64,000 nt of DNA from Candidatus Fonsibacter sp. (lineage in GTDB: Bacteria > Pseudomonadota > Alphaproteobacteria > Pelagibacterales > Pelagibacteraceae), in assembly GCA_038145245.1 (NCBI GenBank), contig JAYQPI010000002.1, positions 10,385 through 74,384 of the forward strand, in the 5' to 3' direction. Below the pieces are notes generated by a model that searched no databases, was not told the DNA's origin, and saw only the letters and a program-made list of their open reading frames with translations. Of this stretch, positions 29,476 through 38,646 are shown one piece after another (the first letter of the stretch is position 1; each line of letters begins with the position of its first letter). Both the position numbers and the translations under genes were made by a program.

Positions 29476-31977
29476 ATGTCCTTATCAGAAAATAAAATTA
29501 TTGCTGTTCTCGGTCCAACAAATACTGGCAAAACTCATTTTGCAATTGAAAGGATGCTTCAGTTCGGATCTGGAATTATTGGATTTCCACTTCGTTTACT
29601 TGCAAGAGAAGTTTATGAAAAATGTATTCAAAAAATTGGCGTAGAAAAAGTTGCTTTAATAACTGGAGAAGAAAAAATTATTCCTCCGTATGCAGATTAT
29701 TTTTTATGCACTGTTGAGTCTATGCCTCTCGACATTAGCACTGAGTTTGTTGCAGTAGACGAAATTCAAATGTGTGCCGATCCTGAAAGAGGTCATATCT
29801 TTACTGATCGTTTATTAAATATGCGTGGTGATAAATTAACAATGTTTCTTGGCTCTAACATTATGCAAAATATAATACAAAAATTTATCCCTGAAGTTGA
29901 GTTTATCTTTAAAGAAAGATTTTCTAAACTTTCATACTCAGGTCACAAAAAAATCTCAAGGCTACCTGGTCGAACAGCTATTATCGCTTTTTCTGTTGAT
30001 GAAGTTTATGCCCTTGCAGAATTTGTTAGACGACAGCGGGGAGGGGCAGCAATTGTTATGGGATCCTTGAGTCCTAAAACAAGAAATGCTCAAGTTGAGT
30101 TATATCAATCAGGTGATGTAGATTTTCTTGTTGCAACAGATGCAATTGGAATGGGTATTAATATGGATATTGATCACGTCAGTTTTAATAGTCTAAATAA
30201 ATTTGATGGTAGAAGAAATAGACATCTTCGTCTAACAGAAATAGGACAGATTGCTGGTCGTGCTGGTAGATATATGAATGATGGAACTTTCGGGATTACT
30301 GGAAAATGTGAAGAATTAAATCCTGAACAAATAGATAAATTAGAAAATCATAAATTTGATAGTGTTATAAATATTTACTGGAGAAATTCTAATTTGGATT
30401 TCTCAAACATAGGAAATCTTTTAAATAGTCTTGATCAAAAACCCTATGATTATAGTCTTTTAAGAAACAAAGACCTATTAGATGAAAATGTATTAAAAAC
30501 TCTAATAGTTAAAAATGATCAATTTAAAAACGATTATAAAAACAACAATCTATCAACTTTATGGGAATGTTGTCAGATACCAGATTTTACCAAAAGTTCT
30601 TATAACGAACATATTGATATTGTTAAAAAAGTCTTTGAATTCCTGATCTCTGACAAGGGAAAAATACCTAATGAATGGATGAGAACTCAATTAAGTGGAT
30701 TGGATAATGAATCTGGAAATATTGATGCAATTGCAAACAGAATTTCACATGTAAGAACTTGGGCTTATGTTTCTTATAAAAAAAATTGGGTTGAAAATAG
30801 TGATTACTGGATAGCTAAAACAAAAGACATTGAAGACAAACTGTCTGCAAAATTACACGAAGAGTTATCAAAAAGTTTTATTGATAGAAGGATAAGTATT
30901 CTTTCTAAACATTTAAAGCAGGATGCAAAATTAGAAACTAAAATCTCAGAAAAAGATGAAGTAATCATTGATAAACAATTTATTGGAACTATTAAAGGTT
31001 TAAGACTTAATTTAGATTTTTCAAGTACAGCTCTACAAACTGATATCAAATCTATAAAAAAAGCTGCTCGACAAGGAATTATTGAAGAATTAAAAAAAAG
31101 GATCGCAGAAATTATTGAACAAAATATTGAGTCTGTATCTCTTCAATTAAAGGAAGATTTTAAAATATTCTGGAAAGAAAATCCTATAGCAACAATTATT
31201 CCAGGAAAAGATTATTTAAATCCGAAAATAAAACTATTAATTGATGATGCTTTGGACATAGATGAGCAAAGCAAATTAAAAGATTATTTGGAAAAATGGA
31301 TAGATAAAGAAAAAAATATTTACCTTCATGATTTAATTAAAACCTCAAAAATTAATTTAGAAAATAGCTACGCTCGAGCCTTATGTTATAGATTATTTGA
31401 AAACCATGGAGTATTAAAAAGATTAGATGCCGAGGATTTACTAAAAAACCTAGATAAAGAACAAAGAGCTAGTATAAAAAAAATTGGCATTAAGATTGGC
31501 AGATATCATATTTATCAACCTCTGATGATTAAGCCAAAAGCTGTAAATTTAAAAATAATTCTTTGGAATTGCTTCAATAATAAAATTCAAAGAGAAAAAT
31601 GTCCCACTTTTGGATTAAATTTTTTAAAGAATTTCGAAACAAAAAATAAAGAATTTTTATTAATATGCGGATTTGAAACTTTTGAAAATTATATAGTCAG
31701 AGTTGATATATTAGAAAAACTTTTTATAAAAATCTTAAGTTCAACAAATAACAATCAATTTTCTATATCTTCTGAAATGCTCAATCTTCTTGGATGTGGA
31801 AAAGAAGATTTTGAAAAACTACTAAAATTAATGAATTACAAAAAAATTGATAAGGACAAAGATATATTTAGTTATGACTTTAAACATAAAGATAAGAAAA
31901 AAATTAAAAAAGATAATGTTAAAAAGAATATCAACAACCCTTTTGCTTCTCTCAAAAATTTATCTTTAAACAATTGA
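29476..31977 (+). CDS. SUV3/MgpS-like SF2 helicase
   Basis: LGPTNTGKTH, DEIQ, VATDAIGMG, KFDG, QIAGRAGR. Confidence 0.9.
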   Translation: MSLSENKIIAVLGPTNTGKTHFAIERMLQFGSGIIGFPLRLLAREVYEKCIQKIGVEKVALITGEEKIIPPYADYFLCTVESMPLDISTEFVAVDEIQMCADPERGHIFTDRLLNMRGDKLTMFLGSNIMQNIIQKFIPEVEFIFKERFSKLSYSGHKKISRLPGRTAIIAFSVDEVYALAEFVRRQRGGAAIVMGSLSPKTRNAQVELYQSGDVDFLVATDAIGMGINMDIDHVSFNSLNKFDGRRNRHLRLTEIGQIAGRAGRYMNDGTFGITGKCEELNPEQIDKLENHKFDSVINIYWRNSNLDFSNIGNLLNSLDQKPYDYSLLRNKDLLDENVLKTLIVKNDQFKNDYKNNNLSTLWECCQIPDFTKSSYNEHIDIVKKVFEFLISDKGKIPNEWMRTQLSGLDNESGNIDAIANRISHVRTWAYVSYKKNWVENSDYWIAKTKDIEDKLSAKLHEELSKSFIDRRISILSKHLKQDAKLETKISEKDEVIIDKQFIGTIKGLRLNLDFSSTALQTDIKSIKKAARQGIIEELKKRIAEIIEQNIESVSLQLKEDFKIFWKENPIATIIPGKDYLNPKIKLLIDDALDIDEQSKLKDYLEKWIDKEKNIYLHDLIKTSKINLENSYARALCYRLFENHGVLKRLDAEDLLKNLDKEQRASIKKIGIKIGRYHIYQPLMIKPKAVNLKIILWNCFNNKIQREKCPTFGLNFLKNFETKNKEFLLICGFETFENYIVRVDILEKLFIKILSSTNNNQFSISSEMLNLLGCGKEDFEKLLKLMNYKKIDKDKDIFSYDFKHKDKKKIKKDNVKKNINNPFASLKNLSLNN

Positions 31978-32044
31978 ACAATGCTCTGTATTTTTAAAGA
32001 TAATAATAATATTATTTAAATAATTTATTCTTATAAAATAAGTA

Positions 32045-32386
32045 ATGACATACGTAGTGAATGACAATTGTGTTAAATGTAAACTCACAGATTGTGTTGA
32101 GGTTTGTCCCGTAGATTGTTTTTATGAGGGCGAAAATATGTTGGTTATCAATCCAGATGAATGTATCGATTGTGGCGTTTGCGAACCAGAGTGTCCAATA
32201 AATGCCATCGAACCCGATACAAATAAAAATACAGAAAAATTAGTTATATTAAATAAAGAGATGTCCGCAAAATGGCCAAATATTAATAAAAAAAAAGACC
32301 CTTTGCCAGATGCAGATAAATTTAAAAATATACCTAACAAACTTGAAAAATACTTTAGCGATAAACCTGGGCCAGGTAATAAATAA
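32045..32386 (+). CDS. fdxA: 7Fe ferredoxin
   Basis: [21 protein letters not shown]...[12 protein letters not shown]. Confidence 0.95.
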   Translation: MTYVVNDNCVKCKLTDCVEVCPVDCFYEGENMLVINPDECIDCGVCEPECPINAIEPDTNKNTEKLVILNKEMSAKWPNINKKKDPLPDADKFKNIPNKLEKYFSDKPGPGNK

Positions 32387-32430
32387 TCTTGTAAGCTTGT
32401 ATTAACTAATCGGATACTATATTAAGCGCC

Positions 32431-33249
32431 ATGGAATTTCTAAAAAAAATCATGAAGAATAAAAAGTCGCAAAATAAGAAAAAAGAATCAAATATAAAAA
32501 AAAATAAAAAAATTAAATTAGAAAAAAAACCACTAAAAAAAGAAACTCCCAAAAAAGAAATTCTAAAAAAAGAAAAACCTCCAATAGAAATTAAACCTAA
32601 AGGAAAAAGAGGAAGACCAAAAAATCCGGAAACGCAAAAAAATATACAGCAAACTTCTTCCGAACAAAAATCGCTAACCGCATCTCAAAATGTACCTGCT
32701 GAAATTATAATTACAAAAGTTGCAAAACAAGAATCCGATAAAAAAATTTATAAAGTTAAAGATCACGTTATTTATCCAAAACACGGTGTCGGTCAGATTG
32801 TTGCAATTGAAAGCAGCGTAATTGCTGACATTGAAATGACTTATTACAAAATTCAGGTTACTAAAGATAAATTAGTTTTAACAATTCCTGTTAACCAACA
32901 AGGAAATTTAAGACCCATATCAAGTGTAAACCAGATTAATAAAGCAATTTCTATTTTAAAAGGAAAACCCAAAATAAGAAGAACTATGTGGAGCAGAAGA
33001 GCCCAAGAATATGATCAAAAAATTAACTCTGGTGAAATTTATCAGATTGCAGAAGTAGTAAGAGATCTAAATAAAAATACTGAGATTCCAGTTGATCAAT
33101 CTTATAGCGAAAGACAATTATTCGAAAAAGCCTATGATCGTTTATTAGGTGAAGTAGCTATTGGAATGCAGCTTTCTAATGAGGATGCTAAAAAGAAATT
33201 AGACAAAGCTCTTGGTAAGAAAGAAACTGTAACGGCGGAGCCTATATAA
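32431..33249 (+). CDS. carD: CarD/CdnL family RNA polymerase-binding regulator with long basic N-terminal extension
   Basis: VIYPKHGVG, MWSRRAQEY..KINSG, AEVVRDL, QSYSERQLFE; follows fdxA. Confidence 0.92.
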   Translation: MEFLKKIMKNKKSQNKKKESNIKKNKKIKLEKKPLKKETPKKEILKKEKPPIEIKPKGKRGRPKNPETQKNIQQTSSEQKSLTASQNVPAEIIITKVAKQESDKKIYKVKDHVIYPKHGVGQIVAIESSVIADIEMTYYKIQVTKDKLVLTIPVNQQGNLRPISSVNQINKAISILKGKPKIRRTMWSRRAQEYDQKINSGEIYQIAEVVRDLNKNTEIPVDQSYSERQLFEKAYDRLLGEVAIGMQLSNEDAKKKLDKALGKKETVTAEPI

Positions 33250-33250
33250 A

Positions 33251-33285
33251 AAAAACGCCCTTCAAAAAATTTGAAGAGCGTTTTT
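33251..33285. terminator. Bidirectional intrinsic terminator
   Basis: aaaaacgc-c-cttcaaa / tttgaag-a-gcgttttt inverted repeat between convergent carD and the small basic ORF. Confidence 0.75.
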
Positions 33286-33302
33286 CTTGAAAACTCAAAA
33301 AA

Positions 33303-33398
33303 CTATCTTCTTCTTTTTTTTGCTTTCTTTGCTGGCTTTCTTCTAGAAGCTTTTCTCTTCTTAGAAGTTTTCTTAGCTTTTTTTCTTTTTTTAGCCAT
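33303..33398 (-). CDS. 31-aa Lys/Arg-rich protamine-like small protein (not in ORF track)
   Basis: MAKKRKKAKKTSKKRKASRRKPAKKAKKRRR; AGGAG Shine-Dalgarno upstream, TTGACA at 33487-33482, terminator downstream. Confidence 0.75.
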   Translation of the reverse strand: MAKKRKKAKKTSKKRKASRRKPAKKAKKRRR

Positions 33399-33612
33399 TT
33401 TTTTCTCCTGTTACGTTAATGATCACTTAAATAATTTAAGTGATTCGCAATTAGAAATACTTAAAAACATATCGATTACTATGTCAAATTTTTAATTGTG
33501 AACAAAATTTTAAAAAAATGAATCAATTTTTTTTTTGATTCATTTATTATTGTTTTACAATAGTTTTTTAATATTTTTTTTAGAATAAATATTATTTATA
33601 TTTCATTTAAGT

Positions 33613-33689
33613 GCACTCGTAGCTCAGCTGGATAGAGTACAAGTTTCCTAAACTTGGTGTCAGAAGTTCGAATCTTCTCGAGTGCACCA
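33613..33689 (+). tRNA. tRNA-Arg(CCT)
   Basis: GCACTCGTAGCTCAGCTGGATAGAG...CAAGT-TTCCTAA-ACTTG...GTTCGAATC...GAGTGCACCA. Confidence 0.93.
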
Positions 33690-33691
33690 AA

Positions 33692-35425
33692 TTAGATATA
33701 AAGTTTTTCTAATTGATCTCCAAAAATTTTTTTTATGTGATGTCTACGAATTTTCATTGTTGGAGTTAACATTTCATTTTCAATAGTAAATGGATCATCA
33801 ATAATTATAAATTTCTTAATCTTTTCAATAATACTTAACTCATTATTAACTTTATCAATAATAAATTGTATTTTATTTTTTCTATCCTCCAACTCTTTTG
33901 GAACAACAATTAGAGCAACTAAATAATTTTTTTTATCCCCATAAATATAGCTTTGAATAATTTCAGGATAGTTTGCTAATAAATTTTCTATTTTACTTGG
34001 AGCAATGTTGTCACCACCTGCATTTACAATAATATCTTTTTTTCTATCGGTGATCTTTAAATATCCTTCGCCATCAATTTCTCCTATATCTCCAGTATAT
34101 AACCAATTATCTCTTAGGATCTTTTCAGTCTCACTTTTATTATTCCAATATCCAAGCATGACATTTTCTCCTTTAACTAAAATTTCACCATCTGTAGCTA
34201 TCCTCACCTCTACATCTTTAAAAATCTTTCCAACAGTATCCACTTTAATCTTATCAATTGAATTACAGCTAACCACTGGTGATGCTTCTGTTAACCCATA
34301 ACCTTGCAATGTGGGCAAACCCAGAGAATTTAAAAATATACCAATATTATAATCTAAAGGCCCTCCTCCAGATATAAATGCTTTTATTTCGCCACCAAAT
34401 TGTTTTTTAATTTTTTTTCTAACAATTATATCAAGTATCAAATTTATAAATTTTTCAAAAAAAGTCATTTTTTTAAATAATATTTTTTTTTCACCCAACT
34501 CTAATGTTTTATTAAAGATTTTTTTTTTAAAATTGCTTTGATTTTGCAAATTAATTTTAATTTTATGAACCAAATTTGTATAAAATCTTGGTACCGCAGT
34601 CATGATCGTTGGTTTCGCAATTTTTAAATTGGTCAATAACTTATCTAAACTTTCAGAATAAAATATTTTTGCCCCAAGACTCAATTGAACAAATTGAACT
34701 GTATGTTCGTAAGAATGAGATAATGGTAACCATGTTAAAAAAATATTTTTTTGCTCTTTAATAAAATATAAGAATTCTAAGGCACCTTCACAATTTTTTA
34801 ATATCCCTCCATGAGACAACACAACTCCCTTTGGGGTTCCTTGAGTGCCTGAAGTATAAATTATACAAGCAGGATCTTTTCTTGTTAATTTTTTATTGTT
34901 TTCTTTAAAAAAAATCTTTGTCTGCTCAATATCAATTTCTTTTTTTACAATATCATAAAAATTAACAATATTTTCTTGTGAAGGCTCATTATTCTGATTT
35001 AAAAAAATTATAAAATTAAAATTGTAATTAATTTTTTTTGCTGCCAATAAAATATTTTTTAATAACTGAGTACTTGAAACAATTAATCCTGTTGGCTTAC
35101 AGTCATTAATTGTAAATGCAAAATCATTTACAGTGTAAGTAGTGTAATTTGGAACAGTAATTGCTGAATTTAGCAATATTGCTAGATCAGCAATTAACCA
35201 TTCTGGTCTATTCTCTGAAACTAATAATATTCTATCCCCTTTCTTAATATTTTTTTGATTTAAAAATATTGCAAGTTTTAAAACACTATTTTTAGTATCT
35301 AACCAAGAATATTTCTGAAATTTTTTTTTATCTAAATTATTATAGAATAAATGTTCTTCTTTTTGATATCTTTCAGTTTGTAAAAAAAATATTTCATTTA
35401 AACTATTAAAAGACGAAATTTGCAT
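33692..35425 (-). CDS. Long-chain fatty acid--CoA ligase
   Basis: IYTSGTQGTPKGV, LPLSHSYE, QGYGLTE, YTGDIG, ITDRKKD. Confidence 0.9.
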   Translation of the reverse strand: MQISSFNSLNEIFFLQTERYQKEEHLFYNNLDKKKFQKYSWLDTKNSVLKLAIFLNQKNIKKGDRILLVSENRPEWLIADLAILLNSAITVPNYTTYTVNDFAFTINDCKPTGLIVSSTQLLKNILLAAKKINYNFNFIIFLNQNNEPSQENIVNFYDIVKKEIDIEQTKIFFKENNKKLTRKDPACIIYTSGTQGTPKGVVLSHGGILKNCEGALEFLYFIKEQKNIFLTWLPLSHSYEHTVQFVQLSLGAKIFYSESLDKLLTNLKIAKPTIMTAVPRFYTNLVHKIKINLQNQSNFKKKIFNKTLELGEKKILFKKMTFFEKFINLILDIIVRKKIKKQFGGEIKAFISGGGPLDYNIGIFLNSLGLPTLQGYGLTEASPVVSCNSIDKIKVDTVGKIFKDVEVRIATDGEILVKGENVMLGYWNNKSETEKILRDNWLYTGDIGEIDGEGYLKITDRKKDIIVNAGGDNIAPSKIENLLANYPEIIQSYIYGDKKNYLVALIVVPKELEDRKNKIQFIIDKVNNELSIIEKIKKFIIIDDPFTIENEMLTPTMKIRRHHIKKIFGDQLEKLYI

Positions 35426-35513
35426 AAATTTTATTCTACTTTTTTAAGCTATTTATTCTACATTAGTTATTTTGGATGCTAATAACAAAATTAAATATAT
35501 AACAACTTTTAAA

Positions 35514-36095
35514 ATGAGATCTCTGTATAATAAAATTTTATCTATTTGTTCTAAGAAACAATCTGAAAAATTTCTATATTTTATAAGTTTTATTGAAAGT
35601 AGTGTTTTTCCAATTCCAATCGTTTTTTTAATGATTCCTGTACAATTAGTTAAAAGACATAAGGCAATGGCCATTGGTTTTTTTGTAACAGTATTTTCAG
35701 TACTTGGTGGCGCCTTTGGTTATTATCTAGGATATTTTTTTTACGATACGATTGGAGCTAAAGTTATAAGTTTATATGGGTATCAAGAATCTTTTATTGC
35801 ATTTACAAATTCTATTACAAAAGAAATGGAATTTTGGATTGTATTTTTTTATGCATTCACTCCTCTTCCATATAAACTTTTAACCATTGGTAGTGGTTTT
35901 GTGCACTTTAATTTTTGGATATTTATTGTTGGTAGTTTTATATCAAGATCAATTCGTTTTTTAGCAATCAGCTTTTTGATATGGAAGTACGGCGAAAGTA
36001 TAAAAAATTTTATAGAAAAATATTTAAATATTTTATCAATAATTATTGTAATATTATTATTATTAATATTTTTTATAGTAAAATATTTATTTTAA
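35514..36095 (+). CDS. YqaA family (DedA superfamily) membrane protein, copy 1
   Basis: SFIESSVFPIP, SVLGGAFGYYLG, FTPLPYK, SRSIRF; ATG 35514 preferred over TTG 35472. Confidence 0.85.
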   Translation: MRSLYNKILSICSKKQSEKFLYFISFIESSVFPIPIVFLMIPVQLVKRHKAMAIGFFVTVFSVLGGAFGYYLGYFFYDTIGAKVISLYGYQESFIAFTNSITKEMEFWIVFFYAFTPLPYKLLTIGSGFVHFNFWIFIVGSFISRSIRFLAISFLIWKYGESIKNFIEKYLNILSIIIVILLLLIFFIVKYLF

Positions 36096-36181
36096 TGGTG
36101 CGGAAGGAGGGATTTGAACCCTCACACTCTTGCGAGCAATAGATTTTGAGTCTATCATGTCTACCGTTCCATCACTTCCGC
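36096..36181 (-). tRNA. tRNA-Leu(CAA)
   Basis: GCGGAAGTGATGGAACGGTAGAC...ATAGA-CTCAAAA-TCTAT, long variable arm, GGTTCAAATCC...CTTCCGCACCA. Confidence 0.92.
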
Positions 36182-36193
36182 AAATCAGAATTT

Positions 36194-36379
36194 TTATTTT
36201 TTGTTAATAAAACTAATTTTTATTAAAATCGCAAGCAGCAACCAAATAATAAAAGATTCTCCATGATTAATTTTATAAGACGCACCAAAAAGCTTAGCAA
36301 TTCCAACGACTAAGTAAAAAACTACTGGTGAAATCACTAAAGATATAGCAAATTGCTTAAAATCAAATTTTAATTTCAT
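36194..36379 (-). CDS. Small two-helix membrane protein, unknown function
   Basis: 61 aa, two hydrophobic stretches, fills the gap upstream of tRNA-Leu. Confidence 0.5.
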   Translation of the reverse strand: MKLKFDFKQFAISLVISPVVFYLVVGIAKLFGASYKINHGESFIIWLLLAILIKISFINKK

Positions 36380-36417
36380 TTTTCAATTATATAAATTCGA
36401 ATATACATGACAAGCGA

Positions 36418-37038
36418 ATGTTAAAAAATGCATTAAATAAACTTATAAAACTAGCTGGGCACAAATTTGCAAAGTATGCATTAGCGGCTTGGTGTTTTAT
36501 GGAAAATATTTTTTTTCCTTTTCCTTCTGATGCAATTGTAATCCCAATGTCAATTGCAAAACCAAAAAAATGGTTTGAAATTTTTGCAATTGCAACTGTA
36601 TCAGCTTTTATAGGAGCGCTTGCCGCTTATGCTATTGGAAGTTTCATGTTTCAGAAAATTGGCGTTCATATATTTGATTTATCAGGCGTTGACGATCCTA
36701 ACAAATTCCTAGCTATCTTTTATAAAAAAAGCACAATGATAGCTTTTGCTTTCATTTTGTTTATCTCAGGATTTACACCTCTTCCTTTTAACTTACTCGC
36801 AATTGCAAGTGGCTTCGTTCATTTCAACTTTCCTTTATTTGCTGCTACAGCATTATTTACAAGAGGGTCTAGATATTTCTTGTTAGCTTATTTGTTTTCA
36901 AAATTTGGACCTAAGATTCAACAGCAAATTGAGAAAAAATTTACAACTTTTTTAGCATGGGTAATTGGAAGTTTTATTTTAGTTATTGCAGGAATGTATT
37001 TATTTTATATTAAATTCCCACACTACTTTGCTGCTTGA
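36418..37038 (+). CDS. YqaA family (DedA superfamily) membrane protein, copy 2
   Basis: FMENIFFPFPSD, GFTPLPFN, TRGSRY. Confidence 0.85.
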   Translation: MLKNALNKLIKLAGHKFAKYALAAWCFMENIFFPFPSDAIVIPMSIAKPKKWFEIFAIATVSAFIGALAAYAIGSFMFQKIGVHIFDLSGVDDPNKFLAIFYKKSTMIAFAFILFISGFTPLPFNLLAIASGFVHFNFPLFAATALFTRGSRYFLLAYLFSKFGPKIQQQIEKKFTTFLAWVIGSFILVIAGMYLFYIKFPHYFAA

Positions 37039-37520
37039 AAAATAAAATTTATAATTATTTTAAATATATTCTTCTAATCAACGTTCTTGTTATTTTATCT
37101 GCATTATTTATTGAGTATATTTTAAAAGTTAAACCTTGTGCTTTGTGCATTTATGAACGTTATCCCTATTATTTAATTTTAATATTCTCAGCATTGTTTT
37201 TTTTAAAAAATAATTGGACAAATCAATTAATGCTTTTGATAGTTACAACATCTTTTGTGAGTATTTTTCTTGCTGGATACCATGTTGGGATTGAATATGG
37301 ATTAATTAACGAATTATCTAGCTGCAAAACAGAAATTAGTAAAAACTTATCTAAAGATATTCTTTTAAAAGAATTACAAAGTAACTTAGCGCCTTCATGT
37401 AAAGAAGTTAGTTTTAAATTATTTGGTTTATCTTTAGCTTCAATTAATATGATTATGTCTTTAATTCTAACAATTTTATATTATAAAATATTTTTATGGA
37501 TAAAAAAAACGAACAAATAG
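37035..37520 (+). CDS. dsbB: Disulfide bond formation protein B family
   Basis: PCALCIYERYPY, YHVGIEYG, second Cys pair, FGLSLA. Confidence 0.85.
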   Translation: MKNKIYNYFKYILLINVLVILSALFIEYILKVKPCALCIYERYPYYLILIFSALFFLKNNWTNQLMLLIVTTSFVSIFLAGYHVGIEYGLINELSSCKTEISKNLSKDILLKELQSNLAPSCKEVSFKLFGLSLASINMIMSLILTILYYKIFLWIKKTNK

Positions 37521-38035
37521 CTGAAATGATCAGAGTTAATCACGCTGGTGAACGTGGTGCGATAAAAATATATGAAGGACAATTAAAAGCTCTTCAACTT
37601 TTTAATAAAGATCCTGAACTGCAAAATACTATAAAAAACATGCGCGATCATGAATTAGAGCATTTAGAATTTTTCGAAAATCAAATTATTGAGAGAAAAG
37701 TTAGACCTACAGCCTTACTTCCTTTATGGGATGTTCTTGGCACAGTCCTTGGTTTTGGAACAGCGCTTCTTGGAAAAAAAGCAACAGCTTTATGCACTTC
37801 TGCTGTTGAAGAAGTTATTGGTAACCATTATGGAGAGCAGATAGATATTTTATCTAAAGATTACAAAGAAGAAAAAGAATTAAAGAAAAAATTCATCAAA
37901 TTTAGAGATGAAGAGCTTGAACATAAAAATACTGCTGAAAATTTAGGCGCTAATAACGATGGATTATATTCTATTCTAGATACGTTGATAAAAAATAGTT
38001 CTAAATTAGCTATAACGATCTCAAAAAAATATTAA
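37496..38035 (+). CDS. coq7: Demethoxyubiquinone hydroxylase (di-iron)
   Basis: MIRVNHAGERGA..IYEGQ, ELEH, RPT.L.PLW, AVEEVI..HY, DEELEH. Confidence 0.92.
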   Translation: MDKKNEQIAEMIRVNHAGERGAIKIYEGQLKALQLFNKDPELQNTIKNMRDHELEHLEFFENQIIERKVRPTALLPLWDVLGTVLGFGTALLGKKATALCTSAVEEVIGNHYGEQIDILSKDYKEEKELKKKFIKFRDEELEHKNTAENLGANNDGLYSILDTLIKNSSKLAITISKKY

Positions 38036-38601
38036 CTTTCAAGTTTAACATCCCAATATAAATAATCTAACCAACTTTGATGTAAAAAATTAGGTGGAAA
38101 AAATTTTCCATTTTCATGTAGCTCTTCTACTGTTGGGCGACATGGCTTTGTTTTTGGTATCATCCCGCTAACATGAGGAAGTTTTCCCCCTTTTTTCACA
38201 TTACATGTACAACAAGCAGACACAACATTTTCCCAACAAGTAATGCCACCTCTAGATCTTGGTATTACGTGGTCAAAAGTTAAATTTTTATTGCTTCCAC
38301 AATACTGACAAGAAAATCTATCTCTTAAAAAAACATTAAATCTTGTAAAATTGGGAAATTCGGATGGTTTTATATATTTCTTTAATGAAATCACACTTGG
38401 CAATTTCATAGAAAAAGAAGGACTTCTAATTTCACGATCATATTCTGAAACTATTGTCACTCTATCTAAAAAAACATCACGGACGGCATCTTGCCAACAC
38501 CATAATGATAGAGGGTAATAACTTAATGGTCGATAGTCTGCATTTAATACTAGCGCAGGGCATTTATCCAAAGGCACTGAATTAGATTTTGTAATAATCA
38601 T
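38032..38601 (-). CDS. HNH endonuclease (McrA/HNH_5-like)
   Basis: LVLNADYRPLS, RFNVFLRD.F.CQYCG, TFDHVIPRSRGG, WENVV.AC..CN..KG. Confidence 0.9.
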   Translation of the reverse strand: MIITKSNSVPLDKCPALVLNADYRPLSYYPLSLWCWQDAVRDVFLDRVTIVSEYDREIRSPSFSMKLPSVISLKKYIKPSEFPNFTRFNVFLRDRFSCQYCGSNKNLTFDHVIPRSRGGITCWENVVSACCTCNVKKGGKLPHVSGMIPKTKPCRPTVEELHENGKFFPPNFLHQSWLDYLYWDVKLES

Positions 38602-38646
38602 TTGGCACTACAATTGATATATTAATTTTATTTTTAATCAAAATAT

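Noticed and set aside
33271-33495. 74-aa Phe/Leu-rich plus-strand ORF resembling a membrane protein
   Set aside because: Antisense shadow of the Lys/Arg-rich minus-strand ORF, which has the SD, promoter and terminator.
38032-38601. HNH endonuclease as a homing, mobile or defence element
   Set aside because: No intron, repeats or methyltransferase nearby; resembles the housekeeping-type alphaproteobacterial HNH found beside this esterase.
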